NCBI GenBank assembly: GCA_012518795.1
Contig: JAAYRL010000006.1
Location: forward strand, 7 to 64,006
Source: Clostridiaceae bacterium
GTDB taxonomy: Bacteria; Bacillota; Clostridia; Saccharofermentanales; DTU023
Direction of reading: 5' to 3'
Length of the DNA: 64,000 nucleotides
Shown: positions 50,485-60,195 of the stretch, one piece after another
Layout: each line of letters begins with the position of its first letter
Numbering within the stretch: position 1 is the first letter of the stretch
Program-made: the position numbers and the translations under genes
The notes under the pieces: generated by a model
Told to the model about the DNA's origin: nothing
The model's input: the letters and a program-made list of their open reading frames with translations, nothing else
Databases searched by the model: none

Positions 50485-51900
50485 TTATTCTTCTGACTCC
50501 TGAGCCCCTTGCTCATCATCTAAGAATTCAAGCTTAATGCGAGCAATTCGTTTATCGTCCATTTCGAGCACAGTAAACTTAAAATGATCTACAATAACTG
50601 AAGGATTTTCAAAAGGTTCAGGAATACGCTCTAACCTGTTTAGTACCAGACCTGCCAAAGTATCATAATCAAAACTATCTTCTTCATCTAAATCAGAGAC
50701 TTCCGGCACTCTTTCGACAACTTCTTCAGGTGAAAGCAAACCATCCAGGATATAACTGCCATCAGGATTTTTAACAACACTTTGATCCGCGCCGTCATAT
50801 TCGTCGGCTATGTCTCCGACAATTTCCTCCAGAATATCTTCGATCGCAATCAAACCATCAGTTCCACCGTATTCATCAATTACAATCGCTAAGGAAATAT
50901 TCTGTTGTTGCATCTCACGAAATAATAGATTAATTGATTTACCTTCCGGTACAAAATAAGCTTCGCGTAAATATTTACGCAAATCAAAATTTTCTTTTTG
51001 ATTCTCAGTTATCCGTAATAAATCTTTGATATGAAGAATTCCGATTATATCATCAACACTTTCTTCAAAAACCGGAATTCGGCTATAGCGTTCATGAGCA
51101 GCTACAAAAATTACTTCTTTATAAGTTGAGTCTGCAGGTAAAGTAACCATAGCAGTACGCGGTGTCATGATTTCTGATACTTCCGTATCATCTAAATCAA
51201 AAACGTTGTATATCATTTTTGCTTCATCACTGTCGATACCGCCACTTTCGCCGCCTGCACGTGCCATTAGAAGTATTTCTTCCTCGGTAACTTCTACTTC
51301 ATTTTTACTTAAATCAATCCCGATCATCCGGCAGATAAATTTGGCGGAAGCATTTAAAAACTTGGCAAAAGGATTTACTAATATTTCCCATATTCGTAAA
51401 ATTGTGACGAATCTTTTAGCAAATTTTTCAGGATCACGCATCCCGATTTGTTTCGGCACCAATTCACCTAATACTAAAGAAAAATATGAAATTATCAAGG
51501 TAATCCCTATTGTAATGATCGTTTCCAGATATCCCTTGTTCCGGCTCGGATCAAGCCAATTATAAACAATTGGTGCAATTTGATTTGCACCGAAAGCAGC
51601 AGATAAAAATCCGGCAAAGGTTACACCTACTTGGACTGTAGCCAGAAAACCACCTTGATTATTTAAAAAAGGAAGTAATTTCTTCGCAACGATATCTCCA
51701 TCTTCGGCTTTTGCACGAATTTTTGTTTCATTCAATCTGACTATTGCCATTTCGGAAGCTGCAAAGAAACCGTTAATCAAAATTAAAAGAAAAATAACAA
51801 TTATATTAATTAAAATAACTTTAGCTGAATTTGAATCGCTTACAGAATTTGCATTTATTATAAAATGTTGTACAGAAGTACAACAATGACTTATGTCCAC
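50485..51900 (-). CDS. DUF21-CBS-CorC_HlyC family transporter (CorC/TlyC-like)
   Basis: 471 aa with an N-terminal TM domain, a tandem CBS pair, and a C-terminal CorC domain. The start is GTG, 10 nt after AGGAGG. Confidence 0.8.
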   Translation of the reverse strand: MDISHCCTSVQHFIINANSVSDSNSAKVILINIIVIFLLILINGFFAASEMAIVRLNETKIRAKAEDGDIVAKKLLPFLNNQGGFLATVQVGVTFAGFLSAAFGANQIAPIVYNWLDPSRNKGYLETIITIGITLIISYFSLVLGELVPKQIGMRDPEKFAKRFVTILRIWEILVNPFAKFLNASAKFICRMIGIDLSKNEVEVTEEEILLMARAGGESGGIDSDEAKMIYNVFDLDDTEVSEIMTPRTAMVTLPADSTYKEVIFVAAHERYSRIPVFEESVDDIIGILHIKDLLRITENQKENFDLRKYLREAYFVPEGKSINLLFREMQQQNISLAIVIDEYGGTDGLIAIEDILEEIVGDIADEYDGADQSVVKNPDGSYILDGLLSPEEVVERVPEVSDLDEEDSFDYDTLAGLVLNRLERIPEPFENPSVIVDHFKFTVLEMDDKRIARIKLEFLDDEQGAQESEE

Positions 51901-52055
51901 TCGGACTTGTCCTCCTTAAATATATGAGACTTAATATCAATTATACTTATGTCTCTCTATCACCAAATATCAAAAGTTTAAGCTATTGCCCTTTGATGAT
52001 AGAAATATATCAAATATAAATATACTTTACAAGCCATTGACTAATATCCCCAATA

Positions 52056-54395
52056 TCACAAATTAATCAATCGGATCGTTTCATGAGCGAACTTCAATAA
52101 TGATTTTTGACTGGTAAATAATATGATTTGACGTTTTTGGCGTTGACTTAAATCATGTAGTAATTCAAGAGATAAAGCTGCACGATCATGATCTAACTGG
52201 GTAAAAGGATCGTCCAAAATCAACGGAATACTATCTCCTTTATCTTGCAATAATTCAGTTAATGCTAAACGCAAAGCCAGGTTAATTTGATCATTTAAGC
52301 CTGCGCTGTAAAATGCTTGCTCATAGTAATGCGAATTGTCATTCGTATCCGGCTGCAAACGCACAACATAATCTTGATCAATTTTTAAATTCTGATACTG
52401 TGATCCGGTCATTACAGATAAATATTCCGCAGCCTTTTGATTGAGTAAAGGACGTACATCTTGATCAAATTTTGCTTTACTATATTCCAAAAGATGAATT
52501 GACATTAATAAGGCAGCATAGTTCTGTTTAGCTTTTTGATATATTTCATTTAATCTGACCAACTCAGTTTCCAACTCTATCGTATTTTTTTGATTTCGGG
52601 TTATATGATTTAATTCTGTCTTTTCAGACGCTAATTTTTCCCTTAATATTAGCCGGTTTTCCTGAATTCCAACTAATTGTGAATCAATATAGTTTTCTGA
52701 ATATTCAGGAAATGTTCTCATTTCTAATTGTTTTTCTGCCAGCCAATGTTGAGCATCCTGATAAGCTTGGTAGAATTGCGCCGTATTATATGAACCTTTG
52801 AGTTCTTTCATCTGTTCTTTGATCCGTTTAATTTCTTCCTCATTATGAAGACTATTAACGGTTTGCTCACGCAAGCTCCGGATCGCCAAGTCAAGTTGAT
52901 CATCATTCGGCAATTCTAAAAAATAAGGTTTAATCAAATATCTCAGTTTAGTCAACTCTCTTTGATATTCTTGTTCAGCATTTTTTGCCACATCTGCAGC
53001 CTTTTTCTGATCTGAAGCCAATTGTTTGATTCGTAGATCAATCTGCTCAAGTTGCCACTCTAATTTTTGCAATCCGTTTTCAATTTTTAATGTGCGAATT
53101 TCATGTTTGCGAATCTTTTCATGATATTGCTTAATCGTACTTTCATGTCTGCGTTGTAAAAAATAATAAATAAATACCATGAGAAATGGTAACAAAACTG
53201 CCAATACTATGAGAATTCCCGACAAGACAGGTTTATTTGCACGAAAAATCAGACCACCGATCAGACAGAAGAATTCTGCTACCACCAGAGGAATAAAAGA
53301 TGCATAAGAAATCTTCGGCTTTTTAAAAGTCTTGGGATTATGTTCTGCTGATTTTTTTTGTAAATATTGTAATCTGGATCTCTCAGCAACAATTTCAGAA
53401 ACAGTTCTTTTTGCTTCATTGTGATAATTTTCTTGTTCAATCGATCTTTGTTCAGCCAAATTATATCTTATTTCATATTCGCTTAAAGCTTGAGCAGTTA
53501 GTTGACGCTGATTGGCAATTTCGGTTAATTCTTTGGCTGAAATCATTTTGCTGCGTAAAATACCCTCAGAGAGATTATTTGCAGAATCCGTATATCTATT
53601 TAATAAATCTTCTAATTTTTTATACTTCTCAAACCGTTCAGCTAATTTTAATTTTTGATGCTGTTGATTTTGGATAAGCAATGAGTTTTCCCTGTTGGCA
53701 AGTTCAGTCAACTTTATTTCCAGATCTTCAATACTCCGATTCAAATCCGCCACTTGTTGATCTCTAATTAAAGCTTGTTCCAACTCCAGATGCGAATCGG
53801 CCATTTTTTGTTCAAGCTTTGCTAAATATCCATCACCACGATCCGGTTTATAGTATTTACGAGCTTTGTCCAGTCTTGCATTGATCTCTTCGTATGACCA
53901 ATCATATTCCGATAAACCGACTTTGCGATTAATTTTCTGATCAAGTTCAGATAGGTTTTCCGAATCAACACGTGGATTTTCTACAAAAACCGTATTTAAA
54001 AATTCTATTTCCGAAATTTGAAATAATTCTTGTCCCGGTTGCTCCGGATTTTTCAGACTTACCGGTTCACCGCTTACTTCAAGCGAAAGCTGAGTTTGAT
54101 CTTGAGCTTTGCGTTCAGCAAATCTCTTCGTTAAACGATAAGTCAATCCATGATGACTAAAAATTATGTAACCACCCATTGTTTTGCCTGACCAAGGTTG
54201 GTATTTTTTGCGAGCATTGGTCTCAACCGAATGACCGATTTTGCCGAAACCGTAAAACACAGCTTTTATAAAATTCTGGATTGTAGTTTTACCACTTTCG
54301 TTAATCCCGTAAACAATCTGCATTTCAGGACTGAAATTGATTTCCAAGTCTTCTAAACCGCCAAAAGCCTCAATGTATATCCGATCAATCTTCAT
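52056..54395 (-). CDS. SbcC/Rad50-like AAA ATPase with central TM helices (YhaN/SbcE-like)
   Basis: N-terminal Walker A (GINESGKTTI), long coiled coils interrupted by two hydrophobic helices (FIPLVVAEFFCLIGGLIF, ILIVLAVLLPFLMVFIYYF), and a C-terminal Walker B (PLILDDPF). ATG at 54395 overlaps the upstream stop by 11 nt. Confidence 0.75.
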   Translation of the reverse strand: MKIDRIYIEAFGGLEDLEINFSPEMQIVYGINESGKTTIQNFIKAVFYGFGKIGHSVETNARKKYQPWSGKTMGGYIIFSHHGLTYRLTKRFAERKAQDQTQLSLEVSGEPVSLKNPEQPGQELFQISEIEFLNTVFVENPRVDSENLSELDQKINRKVGLSEYDWSYEEINARLDKARKYYKPDRGDGYLAKLEQKMADSHLELEQALIRDQQVADLNRSIEDLEIKLTELANRENSLLIQNQQHQKLKLAERFEKYKKLEDLLNRYTDSANNLSEGILRSKMISAKELTEIANQRQLTAQALSEYEIRYNLAEQRSIEQENYHNEAKRTVSEIVAERSRLQYLQKKSAEHNPKTFKKPKISYASFIPLVVAEFFCLIGGLIFRANKPVLSGILIVLAVLLPFLMVFIYYFLQRRHESTIKQYHEKIRKHEIRTLKIENGLQKLEWQLEQIDLRIKQLASDQKKAADVAKNAEQEYQRELTKLRYLIKPYFLELPNDDQLDLAIRSLREQTVNSLHNEEEIKRIKEQMKELKGSYNTAQFYQAYQDAQHWLAEKQLEMRTFPEYSENYIDSQLVGIQENRLILREKLASEKTELNHITRNQKNTIELETELVRLNEIYQKAKQNYAALLMSIHLLEYSKAKFDQDVRPLLNQKAAEYLSVMTGSQYQNLKIDQDYVVRLQPDTNDNSHYYEQAFYSAGLNDQINLALRLALTELLQDKGDSIPLILDDPFTQLDHDRAALSLELLHDLSQRQKRQIILFTSQKSLLKFAHETIRLINL

Positions 54396-55608
54396 AAATC
54401 TCCAAATCCTGTTCCGCTGCCTGCATTGTAAAATAGTATCCTTGTTCAATGACCTGTTTTGCCTGTTCAACATTCAGGTCAGATAATCCGAGGTCTTCTA
54501 AAACTTTATTTAATAAATCGGGTCCGGTAGCGAGTTGTTTTGCATAACGTGTAACATCACCTCGTAATGAATGTTCCTCCATCAAGCCGGTAAAATCAAT
54601 TTTCATTTTTGTTTCATCTATTAATTCAACAAAAAAGAATATATTTTTCAATTTCGACAACAATAATTCTCGATTTATTTTCTGTGATAAATAACCTGTT
54701 AATTTGAGTTGGCAACAATCATAATTTGATCTTATTTGATAAGCTGCAATGCGTTTTTCTAAAGCTGCAATAATCTTTTCCAGTAATTCTAATTGACTGT
54801 CAAAATCAAACTGCGTTAAATTCAAACGAATTTTAAAAAACTTAGGACCGGCAAGAGGAATAAAACTAATTTTCCCTACTTCTGAGGCTTCTATAAGTTC
54901 GAGTAAATAAATTCCTTTGCTGCCATCTTCATCAAATCCTCTGCCACAAGGACAACCGCTATATAAACAAGGGATCCCCTGTGCAGTGAGAATTTCATTA
55001 TCCGACTTATGAATATGCCCCAACAAAACTAAGTCAAAACCGACACGATCAAACCAGGATAAACTCAGCGGATTGTAGTTTGATTTAGAATTTGTACTCT
55101 GCAAGTCTCCATGTTGGAGTAAAATATTGAAATAAGCAGAATCCAGTTTTAAATCGCTTCCTTGCCATAGGGCTTGAGGACTTGATTGACTTAAAAACGG
55201 TTTGCCATAGAATCGGATTTTTAGATCATCAAATTCAAAATACTCGATTGAAGGTTCGAAAATATGAACATGTTGCATATCAGAAAACTTCTGCCAAAAT
55301 CCGGCTTGATACCAATAATCATGGTTACCCGGATTGATTAAAATCTCAACCTGGGGAATTGCCGCAAATCCTTGATAGACTTTATTAAGCAAATATTCGC
55401 CCGGTTCGCTTGAGTCAAACAAATCGCCACCGATAGTCAAAAAATCCACTCGTTCTTTACGACAAAAATCTATTATCTGAATAAATACTTTTTCTTGTTC
55501 TGAATGCATCGCTTTTTGCTTAGCAGGCTCCAAAAAACTAAAAGGAGAACCGAGATGCAAATCTGCTGTATGTACAATTTTTAAATTTCTCTTCATACTG
55601 TTTATCAT
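54385..55608 (-). CDS. SbcD/Mre11-like metallophosphoesterase (YhaO/SbcF-like)
   Basis: Calcineurin-like motifs (HTADLHLG, GGDLFD, GNHD, GHIH). An alternative start is ATG at 55596. Confidence 0.8.
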   Translation of the reverse strand: MINSMKRNLKIVHTADLHLGSPFSFLEPAKQKAMHSEQEKVFIQIIDFCRKERVDFLTIGGDLFDSSEPGEYLLNKVYQGFAAIPQVEILINPGNHDYWYQAGFWQKFSDMQHVHIFEPSIEYFEFDDLKIRFYGKPFLSQSSPQALWQGSDLKLDSAYFNILLQHGDLQSTNSKSNYNPLSLSWFDRVGFDLVLLGHIHKSDNEILTAQGIPCLYSGCPCGRGFDEDGSKGIYLLELIEASEVGKISFIPLAGPKFFKIRLNLTQFDFDSQLELLEKIIAALEKRIAAYQIRSNYDCCQLKLTGYLSQKINRELLLSKLKNIFFFVELIDETKMKIDFTGLMEEHSLRGDVTRYAKQLATGPDLLNKVLEDLGLSDLNVEQAKQVIEQGYYFTMQAAEQDLEIYED

Positions 55609-55925
55609 TCACTTTTAAAGCTTTGGCAACAAATCGACAAACAAGACATTGTGCAAGACTTTTAAAATCTCTCTGCTTAATCTGTTTTTCAATCCGTTTA
55701 TCTTGTCCAATATTACAATGGAATCCAAGAAAAATATAGCTATTAAAATATATTTTAGCACATTAGAAACAATCCCGTATCTCAACAATATCAGATTATT
55801 TATGCTACAATAATTGTATATTATTTTGTCTTATAGGATTTCTTAGATGGGAGAGAGCAATTTTCTTAAATAAACTAAAATAACATAGTTATTTAGTAAT
55901 ATAAACACTATTTACGGAGGTACAA

Positions 55926-57908
55926 ATGAAAAATAATATGCAAATGGATCTGCTAGGTATTAATGCCCTACGTGTATTATCAATCGAAGCTGTCCAAAAA
56001 GCAAATTCCGGACATCCGGGAATGCCTTTAGGAGCAGCTCCGGTAGCTTTTGAATTGTGGGCAAATCATATGAAGCATAATCCAAGTAATCCGGATTGGT
56101 TTAATCGTGATCGCTTTATCTTAAGCGCCGGCCATGCATCAATGTTGATGTATTCATTATTACATCTATTCGGCTATGGTTTAACAACTGAAGATCTCAA
56201 ACAATTCAGACAATGGGGAAGTAAAACTCCGGGTCATCCGGAATATTTGGACACTGAAGGCGTCGAAATGACCACCGGTCCTTTAGGTCAAGGCATTGCA
56301 TCTGCTGTAGGTTTTGCAATGGCGGAAGCTCATTTGGCAGCTCGTTTCAACACAGATGAACATAAAATCGTCGATCATTACACCTATGTATTGTCAGGTG
56401 ACGGTTGCTTAATGGAGGGAGTCAGTTGCGAAGCAAGTTCTTTAGCAGGACACTTAAAATTAGATAAGTTGATTCTTTTCTATGACCGCAATGAAATTAC
56501 GATTGAAGGTTCTACAGATCTGGCTTTCACTGAAGATGTCGCAGCCCGTTATAAAGCATACGGTTGGCAGGTATTGTCGGTAGCTGATGCCAATGATACT
56601 GATGCAATCGCTAAAGCAATTGATGAAGCTAAAGCTAATAAAGAGCAACCTACAATGATTATTCTGCATAGTGATATCGGTTACGGTTCACCGTTAGTAG
56701 GTAGTGAAGCAACACACGGCAGTCCTTTAGGTGATGATAACATTATCAAAACTAAAGAGTATTTGGGTTGGGATACGGATTTACCGGCGTTTGAAATTCC
56801 GCAAGCTTTAAAAGATTATATGACTGATGTTCAAACCAGATTGTCCGAAGATGAAAAGGCTTGGAATGATACTTTTGCTGCATGGCAAAAAGCCAATCCG
56901 GAATTGGCTAAAGAATTTGCTGAATGTTTGGAACCTAACCTTGAAGCTTTGGAAAATGATCCTGCTTTATGGAGTTTCTCCGGTGCACAAGCTACCAGAA
57001 AAACAAGCGGTACCGTTTTAAATGTCGTAGCCAAACATTTACCGGGATTAATCGGTGGTTCAGCTGACTTGGCACCTTCTAATAATACTGACATGCCGGG
57101 TCTAGGTTATTTTTCAGCTGAAAATTATGGCGGACGTAATATCCATTATGGAATTCGTGAATTCGCAATGGGTTGTATAGTTAACGGTATGAATTTACAT
57201 GGTGGGGTTCATGCTTTCGGTGCAACTTTCTTTGTTTTTGCCGACTATATAAAACCTGCATTCCGACTGGCTTCTCTCATGAATGTACCTTCACTCTTTA
57301 TTCTGACACATGACAGTATCGGCGTTGGTGAAGATGGTCCTACCCATCAGCCAATTGAGCAATTGAGTATGTTGCGAGCTACTCCTAACTCTTACGTATT
57401 CCGACCTGCAGATGGTAAAGAAACTGCTGCTGCATATTTATTTAATTTAAAAGAGAAAAAACCGACTTTCTTGGCTCTGACCAGACAAAATCTGCCCACT
57501 TATGAACAATCCGGTAAAGATGCTATCAAAGGAGGTTATATTTTCCAAGATTGTGAAGGAACTCCTGAATTAATTATTATGGCAAGCGGTTCCGAGGTCC
57601 AACCTGCTTTAGAAGCACAACAGGAATTGACTGCACAAGGCAAAAAAGTTCGTGTTGTTTCAATGCCTTGTATAGATGCATTTTTGGAACAAGATGCGGC
57701 TTATCAGGAAGAAGTCTTGCCAACCGCAGTAACCAAAAGAATTTCAATGGAAGCCGGTGCAACAATGCCATGGTACCGCTTAGTCGGTTCAGCCGGAAAA
57801 GTGATCGGTATAGATCATTTCGGAGCATCCGCACCAGCTGATATATTATTCAAAGAATTTGGCATTAATAAGCAAGCGATTTTAGATGCAGCAAATGAAT
57901 TGCTCTAA
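55926..57908 (+). CDS. tkt: Transketolase
   Basis: 660 aa with SGHPG and the ThDP motif [16 protein letters not shown] lies upstream. Confidence 0.95.
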   Translation: MKNNMQMDLLGINALRVLSIEAVQKANSGHPGMPLGAAPVAFELWANHMKHNPSNPDWFNRDRFILSAGHASMLMYSLLHLFGYGLTTEDLKQFRQWGSKTPGHPEYLDTEGVEMTTGPLGQGIASAVGFAMAEAHLAARFNTDEHKIVDHYTYVLSGDGCLMEGVSCEASSLAGHLKLDKLILFYDRNEITIEGSTDLAFTEDVAARYKAYGWQVLSVADANDTDAIAKAIDEAKANKEQPTMIILHSDIGYGSPLVGSEATHGSPLGDDNIIKTKEYLGWDTDLPAFEIPQALKDYMTDVQTRLSEDEKAWNDTFAAWQKANPELAKEFAECLEPNLEALENDPALWSFSGAQATRKTSGTVLNVVAKHLPGLIGGSADLAPSNNTDMPGLGYFSAENYGGRNIHYGIREFAMGCIVNGMNLHGGVHAFGATFFVFADYIKPAFRLASLMNVPSLFILTHDSIGVGEDGPTHQPIEQLSMLRATPNSYVFRPADGKETAAAYLFNLKEKKPTFLALTRQNLPTYEQSGKDAIKGGYIFQDCEGTPELIIMASGSEVQPALEAQQELTAQGKKVRVVSMPCIDAFLEQDAAYQEEVLPTAVTKRISMEAGATMPWYRLVGSAGKVIGIDHFGASAPADILFKEFGINKQAILDAANELL

Positions 57909-57934
57909 AATAAATCATTTAATTGATTAGGCAA

Positions 57935-58000
57935 GGGTGTCTCAAATATAGAGCCCTGCAAATTTCGATTTGTCGGGCTCCGATTTTTGAGACAACACCC
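57935..58000 (+). repeat. Single copy of the L1-type nested hairpin element; probably also the tkt terminator region
   Basis: Outer stem GTCTCAAA/TTTGAGAC, inner stem GAGCCC/GGGCTC, apex TGCAAATTTCGATTTGTC. An ungapped 33-nt alignment to the L1 interior gives 23 identities, including TGCAAATTT and ATTTGTC. It is followed by AAAAAGG-GAATG-CCTTTTT (58001-58019). Confidence 0.7.
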
Positions 58001-58065
58001 CAAAAAGGGAATGCCTTTTTTGAGATAGCTCCTTTTTGATATTTTTTTTGGAGATTGAGGTTCTT

Positions 58066-60129
58066 ATGGAGCAAAACAGAGAGAAATGGTCAATAAATTC
58101 TACCTTGGGTGACGTCCTGGATTCAGTTATCGGTTATGAACTCTTATCTTTCATCGCTTATTACTCAGGTAAAACAATTGAAGATTTTAATAAATTTTAT
58201 ATTCGTTCAATAAAATTAAAATCATATGCTATCATTCAGCGTTTCACCGGAGTCATGTTTGACCGTAGAATTGCAAGCTGGATCATTGATAAACTTAATC
58301 TATACGAAAAACGAAAAGAACCTTATCCGGATAAAATTTCTTTTAGCCATAAATGGTGGAAAAGCAGTATTATTTATCAGATTTTTGTTCCGAGCTTTCA
58401 AGATGCCAATCATGACGGCATTGGTGATCTTAAAGGAATAATTGAACGTTTTGAACATATTTTGTCTTTAAATGTTGATACAATTTTACTAAGTCCAATC
58501 TTTGATTCACCAATGTATGATGCCGGTTACGATATCAAGGATTTTTATGAAATCAATCCATTGTTCGGATCAAAAAAGGATCTTAAAGAATTGATTGTTC
58601 TTTGCCATCAAAATAATTTAAAAATTGTTCTGACTTTACCCATAAGTCAAACTTCAGATCAGCATGCTTGGTTTGATATCTCTATCGATGGTTCTATGGA
58701 TGAATTTGATAGTTCAGCAAAAATCAATTTTGCTGATAAGTCTGAAGAAAATAATAAAAATACAAATTTCGAAAATAAAAATTATTATATTGTAAATGAC
58801 GGTCCTAACAATTGGCAGTCTTTTTATGGTGATTCGGCGTGGCTCTATCAACGTATTAATAAAAATTATTATTTACATCTTAAAAGTTCAAAACAATTGG
58901 ATTTGAATTGGGATATGGATTTTGTCCGAGAAGAGATGATCAAAGTCATGATTTATTGGAAAGAATTCGGTATTGACGGACTATTTCTTGAATCGGCTTC
59001 TATTATTGCTAAAAACGAAGCCTATCCTGAAGGAAGCAAGTCGTTAGCAGTCCTGACCGGTGTTGTCGGCATCGAAAACTATATTTATCAGCCAAAATTG
59101 TTCGATTGGTTGAACGAAATTTATCTGGCACTTAAACAAGATGCGCCCGATTTCTTAATTATTGCCGATTGCTTGAGAATGCATGATAATTATACCCGAT
59201 TAATCAGCGGTGATGCTACAAAACGTAGTGATCTCGGATTGAACTATAATCAATTTGAAGAACCCGGACAGCGTCGTTTTCAATCAAATTATTTGCCTCT
59301 CGATTATTTAAGCAATGTTTGGCTTAAAATGCAATTGGCAGCAGATAATTCATATTGGCCGGTTTTGTTTTGCGAAGATCCCAAACATCCGAGAATTGTC
59401 AGTCGAATGCAAAATCACAATCTTTACCGTAATCAAATCGCCAAGTTAATCGCAACTCTACAATTGACTGCTAAAGGAACCGTTATGTTATATCAAGGGC
59501 AAGAATTGGGGCAAATCAATGCACCATTCCACAGCATTGATCAAATCAGAGATATAGAAAGTCAACTGCGATATGAAAAGTTAAATGAACAACTGCATTT
59601 TGCAGAAGATTCCGAATCACTTGACCGCATAATTCGTGGTAGCCGAGATCATGCCAGAGTGCCAATAGTTTGGGACAATGAATATCTCAATGGAGATTTT
59701 TCACAAAATGATACCACTTGGATTGACTGTTTCGCCGACCCCAAAATGAGTGTTGCGGAACAAGGCAATGATTCACATTCAATCCTTAATTATTATCGTT
59801 CATTGACTTCCTTGCGTTCGCATTATGCTACATTGGTTTATGGCAAATTAGCTCTCATCAGCAAATATAACAACAGTATCTTGCGTTATTTCCGTTATGA
59901 CGATTATCATGCATTTTATGTTGAAGCCAATCTAACCGATGAAGTCTTAAACGTGATCGGCTTCAGTCCTTCGCAATTGTTACGTCAAGCTCAAGAAAAT
60001 AACGTTAAAACCCCTGAATCTCTCGACCGTACAATTCTAATTTCCAATTATCCGGATCGCAATCAACAAGACTTTATTAAAAACAGTGAACTTCGTCCCT
60101 ACGAAACTTTCGTTGTAAAACTATTCTAA
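58066..60129 (+). CDS. GH13 (oligo-1,6-glucosidase-like) homolog with substituted catalytic motifs and a ~95-aa N-terminal extension
   Basis: Collinear with GH13_31-type enzymes (WWKSSIIYQI, DGIGDL, LSPIF, YQGQELG, RDHARVPIVWD), but regions I-IV read TLPISQ, GIDGLFLES, IIADC and CEDPKHPR. ATG at 58066 follows GAGG. Confidence 0.75.
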   Translation: MEQNREKWSINSTLGDVLDSVIGYELLSFIAYYSGKTIEDFNKFYIRSIKLKSYAIIQRFTGVMFDRRIASWIIDKLNLYEKRKEPYPDKISFSHKWWKSSIIYQIFVPSFQDANHDGIGDLKGIIERFEHILSLNVDTILLSPIFDSPMYDAGYDIKDFYEINPLFGSKKDLKELIVLCHQNNLKIVLTLPISQTSDQHAWFDISIDGSMDEFDSSAKINFADKSEENNKNTNFENKNYYIVNDGPNNWQSFYGDSAWLYQRINKNYYLHLKSSKQLDLNWDMDFVREEMIKVMIYWKEFGIDGLFLESASIIAKNEAYPEGSKSLAVLTGVVGIENYIYQPKLFDWLNEIYLALKQDAPDFLIIADCLRMHDNYTRLISGDATKRSDLGLNYNQFEEPGQRRFQSNYLPLDYLSNVWLKMQLAADNSYWPVLFCEDPKHPRIVSRMQNHNLYRNQIAKLIATLQLTAKGTVMLYQGQELGQINAPFHSIDQIRDIESQLRYEKLNEQLHFAEDSESLDRIIRGSRDHARVPIVWDNEYLNGDFSQNDTTWIDCFADPKMSVAEQGNDSHSILNYYRSLTSLRSHYATLVYGKLALISKYNNSILRYFRYDDYHAFYVEANLTDEVLNVIGFSPSQLLRQAQENNVKTPESLDRTILISNYPDRNQQDFIKNSELRPYETFVVKLF

Positions 60130-60195
60130 TCAACTGTTTTCGGTTTCGTTTCGACTTTTTATTATTTAATTAAAACTATATCTGCTGAATTCAAA

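Noticed and set aside
51901-52055. M-box (Mg2+) riboswitch upstream of the CorC / P-ATPase / MgtC run
   Set aside because: The region is only ~155 bp. It contains a plausible promoter plus SD and shows none of the extended paired structure expected. A proper cmscan is still worthwhile.
55605-55649. 14-codon Cys-rich sORF (MSCLSICCQSFKSE) whose TGA overlaps the first ATG of the SbcD-like gene (ATGA)
   Set aside because: It has no SD and is very short, and the downstream gene has an alternative start. I have no evidence beyond the overlap.
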